A stretch of DNA of 58,365 nt from Actinomycetota bacterium (GCA_046732275.1 JBKPMS010000006.1:1-58365), one strand, 5' to 3'. Shown: positions 1 through 9,400, counted from the first letter of the stretch. The notes: generated by a model not told the origin, from the sequence alone. Translations and numbers: made by a program.

Positions 1-1145
1 GGGCGGCCGTACTTGGCGTCGTCGTACGCGCGCTCGATGTAGTCCTGGTCCGGACAGATGTGGATCGTCCCGCGATGCTGGGGCCCGGCCTCGCTTCCCG
101 GCAGTGCGCGGAAGTCCGGCAGCTCGCCCAGAGCCACGTTGATCTTCACGGAGGCGCTGGCATAGCTGATGCGTTCGACGTCGGAGACAAAGGCCTCGGG
201 CAGCGCATCCCGGTCGAGCAGGCCCAGAAAAGTCACGCGGGCGTCGGCATTGCTGGCCACGACCGGGGCGGAGAACTCGTCGCCGGTCGCCAGCGCCACG
301 CCGACGGCTCGGCCGCCGTGCACGAGGATGCGCGCCACCTCGGCGTCGCAGCGGATGTCGACTCCGAGATCGCGCGCCGCCGCTGCCAACGCCTGTGTAA
401 GCCCGCCCATGCCGCCGCGCATGTATCCCCACACGCCTCGCGCGCCGCCGGCCTCACCCATGACGTGGTGGAAGAGCACGTAAGCCGTGCCCGGCATCGA
501 CGGGCTCGCCATCGCGCCGATGATCGCGTCCGTCGCAAGCGTCCCCTTCAGCTCCTCTGACTCGAACCAGCGATCCAGGATGGGGCGAGCCGCGCCGGTA
601 AGGATTTCCACTGCCTCGCCGGCGCCGTCGCCCAACCGCCGAAACTCACGCCCGAGCGAGAACAGCGTCCGCAGGTCGTCGAGCCCCGGCTTCTGCAGAT
701 CGGGGGGCGCCATCGTGAGCGTCGTCTCGATCATTGCCGCCACCCGCTCGAGCATTGCCTCGTACTGTGGGTAGCGCTCCGCGTCGCGCGCGCTGAACTT
801 CGCGATCTCGTTGCGGGTCAGCTCGGCGTCCGGGCTCATCATCAGCGACCTGCCGTCCGGACACGGCGTGAACGACGAGGGGTCGCGCGCGAGGACCTCG
901 TAGCCGTAGTCGGCCAGCCGCAGATCGCGGACGATTCCCGTGTGGAAGAGACTGTTGACATAGGCGGCGGTGGACACCTTGAAGCCGGGGAACGTCTCCT
1001 CGCTGACGCACGCGCCGCCGACGACGTAACGCCGCTCGAGCACGAGGACGCGCAACCCCGCCCGCGCGAGGTAGCACGCTGTCACCAGTCCGTTGTGCCC
1101 GGCGCCGATCACGATGGCGTCGAAGCGCGATGGGCTCAGCGTCAT
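1..1145 (-). CDS. FAD/NAD(P)-dependent oxidoreductase, phytoene-desaturase (CrtI)/amine-oxidase-like; the 3' end runs off the window
   Basis: This gene is absent from the ORF track because it has no stop inside the window. My reverse-strand translation from the ATG at 1145 reads MTLSPSRFDAIVIGAGHNGLVTACYLARAGLRVLVLERRYVVGGACVSEETFPGFKVSTAAYV... It has a GxGxxG dinucleotide-binding fold and stays open to position 1. Confidence 0.75.
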   Translation of the reverse strand, partial: MTLSPSRFDAIVIGAGHNGLVTACYLARAGLRVLVLERRYVVGGACVSEETFPGFKVSTAAYVNSLFHTGIVRDLRLADYGYEVLARDPSSFTPCPDGRSLMMSPDAELTRNEIAKFSARDAERYPQYEAMLERVAAMIETTLTMAPPDLQKPGLDDLRTLFSLGREFRRLGDGAGEAVEILTGAARPILDRWFESEELKGTLATDAIIGAMASPSMPGTAYVLFHHVMGEAGGARGVWGYMRGGMGGLTQALAAAARDLGVDIRCDAEVARILVHGGRAVGVALATGDEFSAPVVASNADARVTFLGLLDRDALPEAFVSDVERISYASASVKINVALGELPDFRALPGSEAGPQHRGTIHICPDQDYIERAYDDAKYGR

Positions 1146-1260
1146 GCGCCCAGTGTCCCACGCGCGCCGGGAGCACTCTGGTGTCGTGCTCGTAGAGCTC
1201 TTCGAGGATTGCCTCGACGTAGCGGCGTTGCCGGCAGTCCAGTCGATCTAGCATCTTCAC

Positions 1261-2700
1261 ATGGCTGACCCGATCCTCGAGCGGGACGAACTGGCGCAGT
1301 GCCTGCACCTTGTTGCCGACGAGGCGGCGCATTACCTGTCCGATGTGGACGCCGTGCCGGTGCGTCCGCCCGGGCCCGGTGAGCCGGGGCAAGGTCTTGC
1401 CGCGGCCTTACCGGAGGAAGGGGCGGGCTCGCTCGCAGCCCTTCGTGAGCTGGTCGAGGCGGCGTCGGAAGGAGCGACGCGTTCCGCCGGGCCTCGTTTC
1501 TTTCACTTCGTCATGGGCGGCGGCACGCCGGCGGGTCTTGCAGCCGACTGGTTGACGAGCGCTCTCGATCAGGTCGCCTTCAACTGGGTCAGCTCACCGT
1601 TCGCGATGCGGCTCGAGCAGGTCTCCCTCGACTGGCTGAAGGAGCTCTTCGAGCTGCCGCCTGCGTGGAGCGGCGTGCTCACGAGCGGGGCGACGATGGC
1701 GAACTTCACCGGACTCGCCGCGGCACGCCGCTGGTGGGGCGCTCAGCACGGCGTGGATGTCGAAGAAGCGGGGCTTGCAGGCCTGCCGCCCGTCCCCGTC
1801 CTCGGCGGCGGCTACGTGCACGCGAGTGCAACGAAGGCACTCGCGATGCTCGGGATTGGGCGTCGTCAGGTGCGGACGTTTGCTGCGGATGGGAGTGGCC
1901 GCCTGGACACCCACGGGCTGGAGACGGCTCTCCGCCGGTTCGAGGCACCGGCGATCCTGCTTGCGACGGCCGGCGAGGTCAACGCCGGCGCATTCGATCC
2001 GATCGACGAGCTTGCAGACCTCGCAGGAGAGTACGGCGCGTGGCTTCACGTCGACGGTGCGTTTGGACTGTTCGCCGCCGTTTCGCCTGCCACACGAGCG
2101 CTCATCCGGGGCATCGATGGAGCTCACTCCGTCTCGCTCGACGCGCACAAGTGGCTGAACGTCCCGTACGACTGCGGCGTGGCCTTCGTCCACGACCCTG
2201 CGCTGCACAATGGCGCGTTCTCGGCGTCGGCGGCGTACCTCGGCACCGCGGAGTCGGAGCGGCCGACGTTCGGGAACTTGTCGCCGGAGATGTCTCGCCG
2301 GGCGAGGAGCCTTGCCGTCTGGGCGACGCTCCGGGCGTACGGCCGCGACGGTTACCAGACGATGGTCGAGCGTCACGTCGCACTCGCCGGCCGCTTGGCC
2401 GAGCAAGTCGATGCCGAACCTGAGCTGGAGAGAGTCGCCGAGGTTCCGCTGAACGTCGTCTGCTTTCGATATCGCCCCACCGGGGTGGAGGAAGCCGAGC
2501 TCGACGAGCTGAACACGAGGCTTGGCCAGGCTGTGCTCGACGACGGGCGTGTCTACTTCGGGACGACGACCTATGCGGGCAAGGTCGCTTTCCGTCCGGC
2601 GATCGTGAACTGGCGCACCGAGGCGGTGGACGTCGACCTCATCGTCCCGACGATCCTGGAGCTCGGATCTACGGTCTTGGCCGCCGTGGCGCCTCGGTGA
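1261..2700 (+). CDS. Group II PLP-dependent amino-acid decarboxylase
   Basis: 479 aa. It carries the SLDAHKWLNVPYDCG PLP-lysine motif typical of aromatic-amino-acid/glutamate decarboxylase-family enzymes. It is divergent from the CrtI-like gene. Confidence 0.85.
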   Translation: MADPILERDELAQCLHLVADEAAHYLSDVDAVPVRPPGPGEPGQGLAAALPEEGAGSLAALRELVEAASEGATRSAGPRFFHFVMGGGTPAGLAADWLTSALDQVAFNWVSSPFAMRLEQVSLDWLKELFELPPAWSGVLTSGATMANFTGLAAARRWWGAQHGVDVEEAGLAGLPPVPVLGGGYVHASATKALAMLGIGRRQVRTFAADGSGRLDTHGLETALRRFEAPAILLATAGEVNAGAFDPIDELADLAGEYGAWLHVDGAFGLFAAVSPATRALIRGIDGAHSVSLDAHKWLNVPYDCGVAFVHDPALHNGAFSASAAYLGTAESERPTFGNLSPEMSRRARSLAVWATLRAYGRDGYQTMVERHVALAGRLAEQVDAEPELERVAEVPLNVVCFRYRPTGVEEAELDELNTRLGQAVLDDGRVYFGTTTYAGKVAFRPAIVNWRTEAVDVDLIVPTILELGSTVLAAVAPR

Positions 2701-3079
2701 TGCGAGGAGATCCGTCGCAAAGCCTCCTCACGACGCCGAGGAGCCGGCCGATGTCCACCGGCTTCGAGATGTAGTCGTCGAAGCCCGCGGCCAAGAAGCG
2801 CTCGCGGTCGCCGTGCATCGCCTGGGCCGTCAACGCAAGGACCGGTATGGAGGCGGTGCGCCCGTCGGCGCGCAGACGACTTAGCGCCTCTATGCCGTCG
2901 AGGTCCGGAAGCGCGATGTCCATGAGGACAAGGTCCGGTGCACTTTGCGCCGCAAGCGCGATCGCCTCCCGGGCCATCATCGCCTCGAGGATGCGATAGC
3001 CCTTCGCCCCCAGGACATCCCGGAACAGCTTCATGTTCTTCTCGTTGTCCTCGACGACAAGGAGCTGCTCGCCGGCCAT
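2669..3079 (-). CDS. Single-domain (CheY/DivK-like) response regulator
   Basis: 136 aa. LVVEDNEKNMKLFRD...DLVLMDIALPDLDGIE...ISKP shows the receiver acidic pocket, phospho-Asp and conserved Lys. It starts 2 nt after the kinase stop. Its 3' end overlaps the decarboxylase 3' end by 32 bp (convergent). Confidence 0.85.
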   Translation of the reverse strand: MAGEQLLVVEDNEKNMKLFRDVLGAKGYRILEAMMAREAIALAAQSAPDLVLMDIALPDLDGIEALSRLRADGRTASIPVLALTAQAMHGDRERFLAAGFDDYISKPVDIGRLLGVVRRLCDGSPRITEAPRRPRP

Positions 3080-3081
3080 GG

Positions 3082-4698
3082 CTAGGTCGACCTTGCCGGG
3101 AGCGTGAAGACGAACGTACTTCCCTCTCCGGGCTGGCTGTCGACCCAGATGCGACCGCCGTGCAGTTCGACGAGCCGCTTGGAGACCGCAAGACCGAGCC
3201 CGGTTCCCTCATGCTGCTCGAGCCCGGTTTTCGTCTGCTGAAACTCCTCGAAGATGCGCTCGTGATCCTCGGGTGCGAGGCCGGGACCCGTGTCCGCCAC
3301 CGACACTCTGACCTCGCCGTTGACCTGGGCGGCGGTCACGTCGACCGCTCCTCCCGCAGGCGTGAACTTCACTGCGTTCGAGAGGAGGTTGAAGATGACC
3401 TGCCTGATCCGGCGCTCATCGCCCTCCACGACGTCGACGTCTCGGGCCGCGCTGACGGCAACGTGGACGCCGTTCGTGCTCGCGCGCTCGCGCACCATCG
3501 CGACTCCGCGCTCGAGCGCGCTCCGCAGCGAGAACGGCGCAACCTCCAGTGAGATCTCGCCGGCCTCGACCTTCGAGAGGTCGAGGACTTCGTTGATCAA
3601 AGCGAGCAGATGGTTGCCGGAGGAGACGATGTCGTCGAGATACTCCGCCTGCTTCTCGTTCAGCTCACCGAACATCCGCTCGCGTAACACCTGCGAGAAG
3701 CCGATAATCGCGTTCAAGGGCGTCCGCAGCTCGTGGGACATGCTCGCGAGGAACTCGGATTTGTGCCGACTCGTCGTCTCGAGCTCCTTGTAGAGGCGCC
3801 GAAGCTCGTCGTTCATACGATTGACGTTGGCCGCAAGGGCGCCGAGCTCGTCACGGTTGGGGACGTCGACATGGCCGGAGAAGTCGCCGGAGGCTATTCC
3901 AGCGAGCCGCGCATCGATCCGCTGGATCGGCCCGATCAGCGACCACGAGAGGACGAATCCCAGCAGCAGCGCGAGGGCAAGGGCTCCGGTCGCGACGCCG
4001 ATGAAGAGGTTGCGAGAGCTCGCGTATGCGCTCGCGTTCTGGGCGATCAGATGGTTTGCCTTCGCGGTTGTCGCATCAGTCAGCACCTTGGCCAGCTGAT
4101 TGAGGTCGATCGCAAGTAGTTCCGAGGTGGAGCGGAGGCGCAGCGCACGGTCGCCGGCCGCCGCATGACGCTCGACGTTGATGATCTTGTGCATCACCAG
4201 CGAGAGGTCCCGGCTCTTCATGCGGATACGGCGAAGGATGTCCTCGTCCTCCGCGGGAACCCCCAACCGGAGGTCAAAAAGGGTCGAGGCCGTGATCCGT
4301 GCAAGCTGGTTTACGACCGCCAGGTCTACGGTGACCGGCGATCTTCCGCGACGCTCCGGTAATCCCCCCGGGTTGACCTTGTAGTAATCCGATCCAACGT
4401 TTTCCGCGAGCAGACCACGGACGGTTCCAGTGGCGCTCTGGAGGTTCCCGTAGGCGGACGCTCGTTTCTCGAGTGCCCCGAGCGTCCCCATCCGATCGTT
4501 CGACTGACCGAGGACGCGTAGCCCGAGTAGGCCGACCGCGACAACCAACACCGCAGTTCCGACGAAGGCGACGAGGAGCTTGGTGTGAACCTTCGCCGGC
4601 AGACGGCCGACAGCGCGGACGAGAGGGTTATCGCCCCGGCTCAGTGGCCCGGGCGCATGCTCGACGGCGTTCGGTCGCCTCGCTGACGGTCCCGACAA
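3082..4698 (-). CDS. Membrane sensor histidine kinase (2 TM, HAMP, HisKA, HATPase_c)
   Basis: 538 aa. H-box SHELRTPLNAIIGFSQVL, N-box LLSNAVKFT, G-boxes DTGPGL and GTGLGLAVS. Two hydrophobic segments flank a roughly 170-aa extracytoplasmic region. Confidence 0.9.
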   Translation of the reverse strand: MSGPSARRPNAVEHAPGPLSRGDNPLVRAVGRLPAKVHTKLLVAFVGTAVLVVAVGLLGLRVLGQSNDRMGTLGALEKRASAYGNLQSATGTVRGLLAENVGSDYYKVNPGGLPERRGRSPVTVDLAVVNQLARITASTLFDLRLGVPAEDEDILRRIRMKSRDLSLVMHKIINVERHAAAGDRALRLRSTSELLAIDLNQLAKVLTDATTAKANHLIAQNASAYASSRNLFIGVATGALALALLLGFVLSWSLIGPIQRIDARLAGIASGDFSGHVDVPNRDELGALAANVNRMNDELRRLYKELETTSRHKSEFLASMSHELRTPLNAIIGFSQVLRERMFGELNEKQAEYLDDIVSSGNHLLALINEVLDLSKVEAGEISLEVAPFSLRSALERGVAMVRERASTNGVHVAVSAARDVDVVEGDERRIRQVIFNLLSNAVKFTPAGGAVDVTAAQVNGEVRVSVADTGPGLAPEDHERIFEEFQQTKTGLEQHEGTGLGLAVSKRLVELHGGRIWVDSQPGEGSTFVFTLPARST

Positions 4699-4702
4699 GG
4701 TC

Positions 4703-5197
4703 TCAGGGTCGGAGCGGGGCCGAACCTCCGACCATGCTGGTGATCAGCCACCGACCGTTGATCCGGGCAACCTCCTGATCGGCCGCTGTGTGGCTCACGA
4801 CCTTTCGAGTCTTGACGTCGATGTAGTGACACTCGAAGTGGAGCGCCCCGCTGTCGCCGTTCACCGCCATCCGCACCTTGTACGCGGGAGTGTCAGACAG
4901 CCAGTTGCGGTGGAACGCCTTCGATTCCTCGAGCCACGCGTGCCGGATCTCCTTCTTCCCCGTGGCCGTCTCGCCGGGCCCATAGGTGAACGTGGCGTTC
5001 GGGGCCCAGAGGCTCATCATCAGGTCGATGTCGTGCTTCGACGTCGCCTTGTGAAAGTTCTTCTCGATCTGGTCGATCGCGTAGAGATCGGCCTTCCGTT
5101 CCAATGCCTGCTCGGAAGCCGAGCCGGCGCTCGAGCTCGCGCAGGCAGCCTGCGTGATGACAAGTACGAGTGCTCCGCCGACCAATAATGCGCGCAT
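4703..5197 (-). CDS. NTF2/SnoaL-like (DUF4440-type) putative lipoprotein
   Basis: 164 aa. The signal peptide has a lipobox-like VITQAAC. GAGGAGG lies upstream of the ATG. The stop is 4 nt before the kinase start, so the two are probably co-transcribed. Confidence 0.6.
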   Translation of the reverse strand: MRALLVGGALVLVITQAACASSSAGSASEQALERKADLYAIDQIEKNFHKATSKHDIDLMMSLWAPNATFTYGPGETATGKKEIRHAWLEESKAFHRNWLSDTPAYKVRMAVNGDSGALHFECHYIDVKTRKVVSHTAADQEVARINGRWLITSMVGGSAPLRP

Positions 5198-5358
5198 TGC
5201 TCAGAGCCTCCTCTCGTTCTGGCTCGCCTATGCAATCGGCACGTAACGATGATCACATGCGCGGGCGGATTCGTCTAGTGCCGGAGCGAACCTAGAAGCA
5301 GCGCGTCCGCGCGCCTAGGGTGCTGCCCTGGCATTTGGACGGGTGGCTGGTACACGTG

Positions 5359-5766
5359 TCATCGAGCCTCCGGCCGTCTCGACCGATGCGTGCAGTACCG
5401 GCGAACCTGATCGGGAAATCGAGCGACGTCGAGAGGCTTTTCGAGGCAGCCGGCGAAGCCCGCGCTTCGAAGCCACTCGTCGCCCCGCTCGAGTGGCAAT
5501 GCGCTGAGCGCAACTACCGGAATCGAAGCCGTTCGAGGCGCTCTCGCGAGCCTCCGCGTGACCTCCGCGCCGTCCAGATCGGAAAGCCGCAGGTCCAGCA
5601 GGATGACATCAGGCGCGTGCTCGGCTGCGAGGGCGAGGGCTTCCGTGCCGCTCGCGGCTTCGACCGTTTCGAACCCGCTGCGGCGGAGCAGGTCCCGTGC
5701 GAGCTTCCGGTTCTTGTCGTTGTCATCGACGATCAGGACGAGGGGGTGCGCGGCGCCTGGAGTCAA
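5359..5766 (-). CDS. Single-domain response regulator (paralog of 2669-3079)
   Basis: Receiver domain LVLIVDDNDKNRKLARD...DVILLDLRLSDLDG...LEKP. The track ORF extends to 5892, but that extension is Arg-rich and would overlap the divergent NarL-type gene. I chose the in-frame TTG at 5766. The start is uncertain. Confidence 0.7.
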   Translation of the reverse strand: MTPGAAHPLVLIVDDNDKNRKLARDLLRRSGFETVEAASGTEALALAAEHAPDVILLDLRLSDLDGAEVTRRLARAPRTASIPVVALSALPLERGDEWLRSAGFAGCLEKPLDVARFPDQVRRYCTHRSRRPEAR

Positions 5767-5792
5767 AGCCCGTGCCGTCCTATCCTCTATTT

Positions 5793-6458
5793 GTGTCGAT
5801 CCGGCTCGTTGTTGCCGACGACCACTATCTCGTCCGCGAGGGGATTCGGCGGCTGCTCGAGACGCAGCCCGACCTCGAGGTCGCGAGCGCATGTGCTGAT
5901 CTCGCGTCTCTGCTTGCCACGGTCGAGGAAGCGCGGCCGGACGTGGTCGTCACCGACATCCGCATGCCGCCCGGCGGCGCGGACGAGGGAATCCAAGCCG
6001 CCAAGCGCCTGCGGGAGACGAATCCCGACGTCGGTGTCGTCGTCCTCAGTCAGTACGCGACGCCGAGCTACGTGCTCGCGCTCCTGGAAGGCGGCAGTGA
6101 AGGGCGGGCCTATCTCCTGAAGGAGCGCGTGGACGACGTCGAACAGCTGGTGACGGCGATCCGCGCGGTCGCCGAAGGCGGTTCCGTGATCGACCCGAAG
6201 GTGGTCGAGGCGCTGGTAGCCGAGAACGCTCGTGTCGACGAGTCGCCCCTCAATGAGCTGACTCCGCGCGAGCGCGACGTCTTGCGTGAGATGGCAGAGG
6301 GGAAGAACAACGCAGGGATCGCCGAGGCGCTCTTCCTCACCGAGCGATCCGTCGAGAAGGTGATCCACTCGATCTTCCTCAAGCTCGGGCTCACCTGGGA
6401 GACATCCGTCCACAAACGCGTGAAGGCCGTGATCCTCTACCTCGCGGAGAGCGACTAG
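5793..6458 (+). CDS. NarL/FixJ (LuxR-type HTH) response regulator
   Basis: A GTG at 5793 gives VSIRLVVADDHYLVREG...VVVTDIRMPP plus a C-terminal LTPRERDVLREMAEGKNNAGIAEALFLTERSVEKVIHSIFLKL HTH. Confidence 0.9.
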   Translation: MSIRLVVADDHYLVREGIRRLLETQPDLEVASACADLASLLATVEEARPDVVVTDIRMPPGGADEGIQAAKRLRETNPDVGVVVLSQYATPSYVLALLEGGSEGRAYLLKERVDDVEQLVTAIRAVAEGGSVIDPKVVEALVAENARVDESPLNELTPRERDVLREMAEGKNNAGIAEALFLTERSVEKVIHSIFLKLGLTWETSVHKRVKAVILYLAESD

Positions 6459-6463
6459 CACCG

Positions 6464-7123
6464 TCACCGCGAGAGGGGGAGCGAGCCCGCGACTCGGGTG
6501 CCCCCGTCGAGAGTTGTCTCGATCGTGAGCCGGCCACCGAGGGCCTCGACGCGATCGCACAGGGCGTCGTCGCCGGTGTTCGTGCTGCTGCTGTCTACGG
6601 CGACCGCGAAGTCGATGACCCCGTCGTCGTCCCGCACGGTGATGGTCGCTCGAGCGCCGTCGCCGGCGCGCCCGAGGGCGTCGAGACAGCAGAAGTAGAC
6701 GGCGCTCGCGACCTCGTCGGTGTACTCGGCGGTTGTTGCGACGTCGACCTGCGCCGGCACGCGGAGCGCCACCGCGGCGGCACGTAGGGCCGTGGCGAGG
6801 CCGCCGGCGTCGAGCAGCGGTGGGTAGATGCGGTGTGCGAGCTCCGCCGTCTCGGCGAGGGCCTGCTGCACGTCACGACTCATCTCGTCGAGGAGCGCCT
6901 TAGCCGCGTCGGGGTCTGTGTCAGCCAACGCGCGGGCCAGCTGTAGGTTCGCCGCCAGGGCAACGAGGTGCTGCTGAGGACCGTCGTGAAGGTCGTGTTC
7001 GAACTGGCGTCGCTCGGCGTCGGCGGCCACGAGCACTCGCTCCCGGGACGCGCGCAACTCCGCGACCTCGAGTCGCATTCGGTCGAGGGACTCCTGCGGC
7101 GTCTCGACGCGCGGAACCTCCAC
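6464..7123 (-). CDS. Soluble, sensor-less HisKA_3-type histidine-kinase-like protein with a degenerate ATP-binding domain
   Basis: 219 aa. GTG start with AAGGAGG upstream. A coiled-coil N-terminus is followed by the H-box DLHDGPQQHLVAL. The C-terminal GGRLTIETTLDGGTRV is HATPase-like, but the N-box reads CLDALGRAG instead of EALTNxxKHA. Confidence 0.75.
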   Translation of the reverse strand: MEVPRVETPQESLDRMRLEVAELRASRERVLVAADAERRQFEHDLHDGPQQHLVALAANLQLARALADTDPDAAKALLDEMSRDVQQALAETAELAHRIYPPLLDAGGLATALRAAAVALRVPAQVDVATTAEYTDEVASAVYFCCLDALGRAGDGARATITVRDDDGVIDFAVAVDSSSTNTGDDALCDRVEALGGRLTIETTLDGGTRVAGSLPLSR

Positions 7124-7466
7124 AGCGATCGACCTCCTTTGAGGGCCTGCCGAAGTTGTCCGTCATAGCCGCGGCGCCGTCAAGCGGCCGGGCATCCCTT
7201 TCGAGGGGGATGGCAGCTTCCTGCCCATTCGCGTGGCCGCACGATGTTCGGGGCTGCGGCCGCGTCCTAGCGTGACGGGGGATCGTGAACGGCTATCACC
7301 AATACGGTTACGAGGTTCGTGAGCGCCGCCGGCGGCGTGAGCGCGACGGAGACGCAGAGCGGTTGTTCCGGCAGCTGCGCGCCGAGCGTCAGGGTCGTCG
7401 CGCGGTGTTCGACGCCATCCTGCGAAGACTGCTCATCCCGCAGCGTCGCGTCACCGCGCGCAGAAC

Positions 7467-8000
7467 GTGAGCCGCGGCGTCGCGGCTGGGCTTCTCCTCG
7501 CGCTTGTATTCGCTCACAGTGCGAGCGCGTACGAGACGCCGACGGCGCTGAACGACGTCGCACGCGTCTACTCGCTCGGTGTCGGCGAGGTGCGTTGCGC
7601 GTCGGCTGCGGAATGGGAAGCAGACGCGTACGCACGCTCGTACTGGGCGTACACGAATGTGCGCAAGGACTATGCGGTTCTCTCGCCGCTCGTCTGCGAA
7701 GGTGCCGAGGGCCTGGCGGATGTCCGCGTTCCCGCGTGGCAACGCGCACTCGGGACGCTCGTGCTGGTCCACGAAGCCTTCCACCTGCGGCACTGGCGGT
7801 ACCGCCGAAACGAAGCGAAGGTCGAGTGCCAGGCGATGGTCTACTTCACCGAGGCCGCGCAACGGCTCGGCGCCAGTGAAGTGGAGGCAAGCGAGCTGTA
7901 CCCGTACGCCCTCGCCTGGCATTGGCGTCGCATCCAGCTGCTCCCCTGGGACCGGGATCCCAAATGCGTCCTGCCACCGTGGATCCCACCGATCCCATAG
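7467..8000 (+). CDS. Small secreted hypothetical protein with an HExxH motif
   Basis: 177 aa. Signal peptide MSRGVAAGLLLALVFAHSASA, an LVHEAFHLRHW motif and 4 Cys. I recognise no family. Confidence 0.55.
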   Translation: MSRGVAAGLLLALVFAHSASAYETPTALNDVARVYSLGVGEVRCASAAEWEADAYARSYWAYTNVRKDYAVLSPLVCEGAEGLADVRVPAWQRALGTLVLVHEAFHLRHWRYRRNEAKVECQAMVYFTEAAQRLGASEVEASELYPYALAWHWRRIQLLPWDRDPKCVLPPWIPPIP

Positions 8001-8125
8001 GCGGGCGGCCGTTAGCACCCTCTGTGAGGGCGTGGCAGCCCCCGCGTCATTTTCGTGGCGCCACCGTAGTTACATCGGCAGCGCCTTCCTAGCGTCGTAG
8101 CGATGACGAACAGGAAGGAGCTGTC

Positions 8126-9400
8126 ATGAAGGGAAGGTTCATCTTCGCCGCGTTGAGTGTGGCGGCGGCGGTCGCATTGAGCGCAGCGGCCGTGACAAGC
8201 AGTGCGCCGGCGCGGGCGGCGGGCTCGCCTGACACCTATGTCGCAGCTTGGGACGGAATCGGATCGCAAGCGTTCACGGCTGCGGGCCTGTCGCCGGCCG
8301 AAGGCCACGTGATCTTCGCGTACGTCGCGATCGCGGTCTACGACTCGGTCATGGCGATCGAAGGCGGATATCGGCCGTTTGCGATCGACGTCGACGCGCC
8401 GCCGGGCGCGTCGTCCGAAGCCGCGGTCGCCGCGGCTGCATACGGCGTTCTCGCCCACTACTTGCCCGCTCAGAACGCGGGGATCCTCAAGCCGGCATAC
8501 GAGGCGTCCCTCGCAACGATTCCCGCCGGTCAAGCGAGGGAAGACGGCGTCAGCACAGGCACGGAGGTCGCAGACCGGCTGATCGCGCAACGGGCCGACG
8601 ACCGTTTCCGCGAAACAGTCACGTACACCTCGCCGAATCCACCGATCCCCGGTGTGTGGATCCCAACTGCACCGACGCCCGCGGTCGGGACGTATCTCCC
8701 CCGGATGCGGCCGTTTAGCCTCCGCTCGGCGGATCAGTTCCGGCCGAATGGGGCACCTGCTCTCTCGAGCAAGCGCTGGGCCCGGGACTACAACGAGGTC
8801 AAGCAGATCGGCTCGAGCACGAGCACCACCCGAACAGCCGGGCAGACGCTGGCGGCTCGCTTCTGGGCGGAGCCTCCGGTCCAGCAAGCACACGCGTCCT
8901 TCCGGAAATTCATCCTCGATCGCCGACTGGACGTAGACGGCGCGGCGCGGTTCATGGCGATGATCTCTGTCGTCTACGCCGATGCCCTGATCGCCTGTTT
9001 CGACGCCAAGTATCACTACACGTTCTGGCGCCCGATCACCGCCCTCCGCGCGGGAGACACTGACGGCAACGACGCGACTGTGGGCGACTCGAACTGGGCT
9101 CCGCTGCTCGCGGTCACGCCGAACCACCCGGAGTATCCGAGTGCACACTCTTGCGTCACCCCGGCCGGAGGAAGCGTGATCGCGCGGTTCTTGAAAACGA
9201 AGAAGATCGACTTCACCGTTCCGAGCCTGACCGGCCTCGGCGACCGTTACTTCGCGCGACCGAAGGACCTCGCAAACGAGGTCGGAAACGCCCGGATCTG
9301 GGGCGGCATCCACTACCGCTCGGCCGTCGAGGACGGGATCGCTATCGGCAAGAAGGTTGCGAACCAGGTGCTTTCTCACCACTTCAAGAAGACCCGGTAG
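8126..9400 (+). CDS. Secreted PAP2-superfamily protein, vanadium-haloperoxidase/acid-phosphatase-like
   Basis: 424 aa. GGAAGGAG RBS and a signal peptide. PAP2 motifs KYHYTFWRP, YPSAHS and ARIWGGIHYRSAVEDG are present. Confidence 0.8.
   Translation: MKGRFIFAALSVAAAVALSAAAVTSSAPARAAGSPDTYVAAWDGIGSQAFTAAGLSPAEGHVIFAYVAIAVYDSVMAIEGGYRPFAIDVDAPPGASSEAAVAAAAYGVLAHYLPAQNAGILKPAYEASLATIPAGQAREDGVSTGTEVADRLIAQRADDRFRETVTYTSPNPPIPGVWIPTAPTPAVGTYLPRMRPFSLRSADQFRPNGAPALSSKRWARDYNEVKQIGSSTSTTRTAGQTLAARFWAEPPVQQAHASFRKFILDRRLDVDGAARFMAMISVVYADALIACFDAKYHYTFWRPITALRAGDTDGNDATVGDSNWAPLLAVTPNHPEYPSAHSCVTPAGGSVIARFLKTKKIDFTVPSLTGLGDRYFARPKDLANEVGNARIWGGIHYRSAVEDGIAIGKKVANQVLSHHFKKTR

Noticed and set aside
5767-5892. 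N-terminal extension of the second single-domain response regulator (track start 5892).
   Set aside because: The extension is Arg/Ser-rich and would overlap the divergent NarL-type gene by about 100 bp. The receiver domain starts right after the TTG at 5766. The start remains uncertain.
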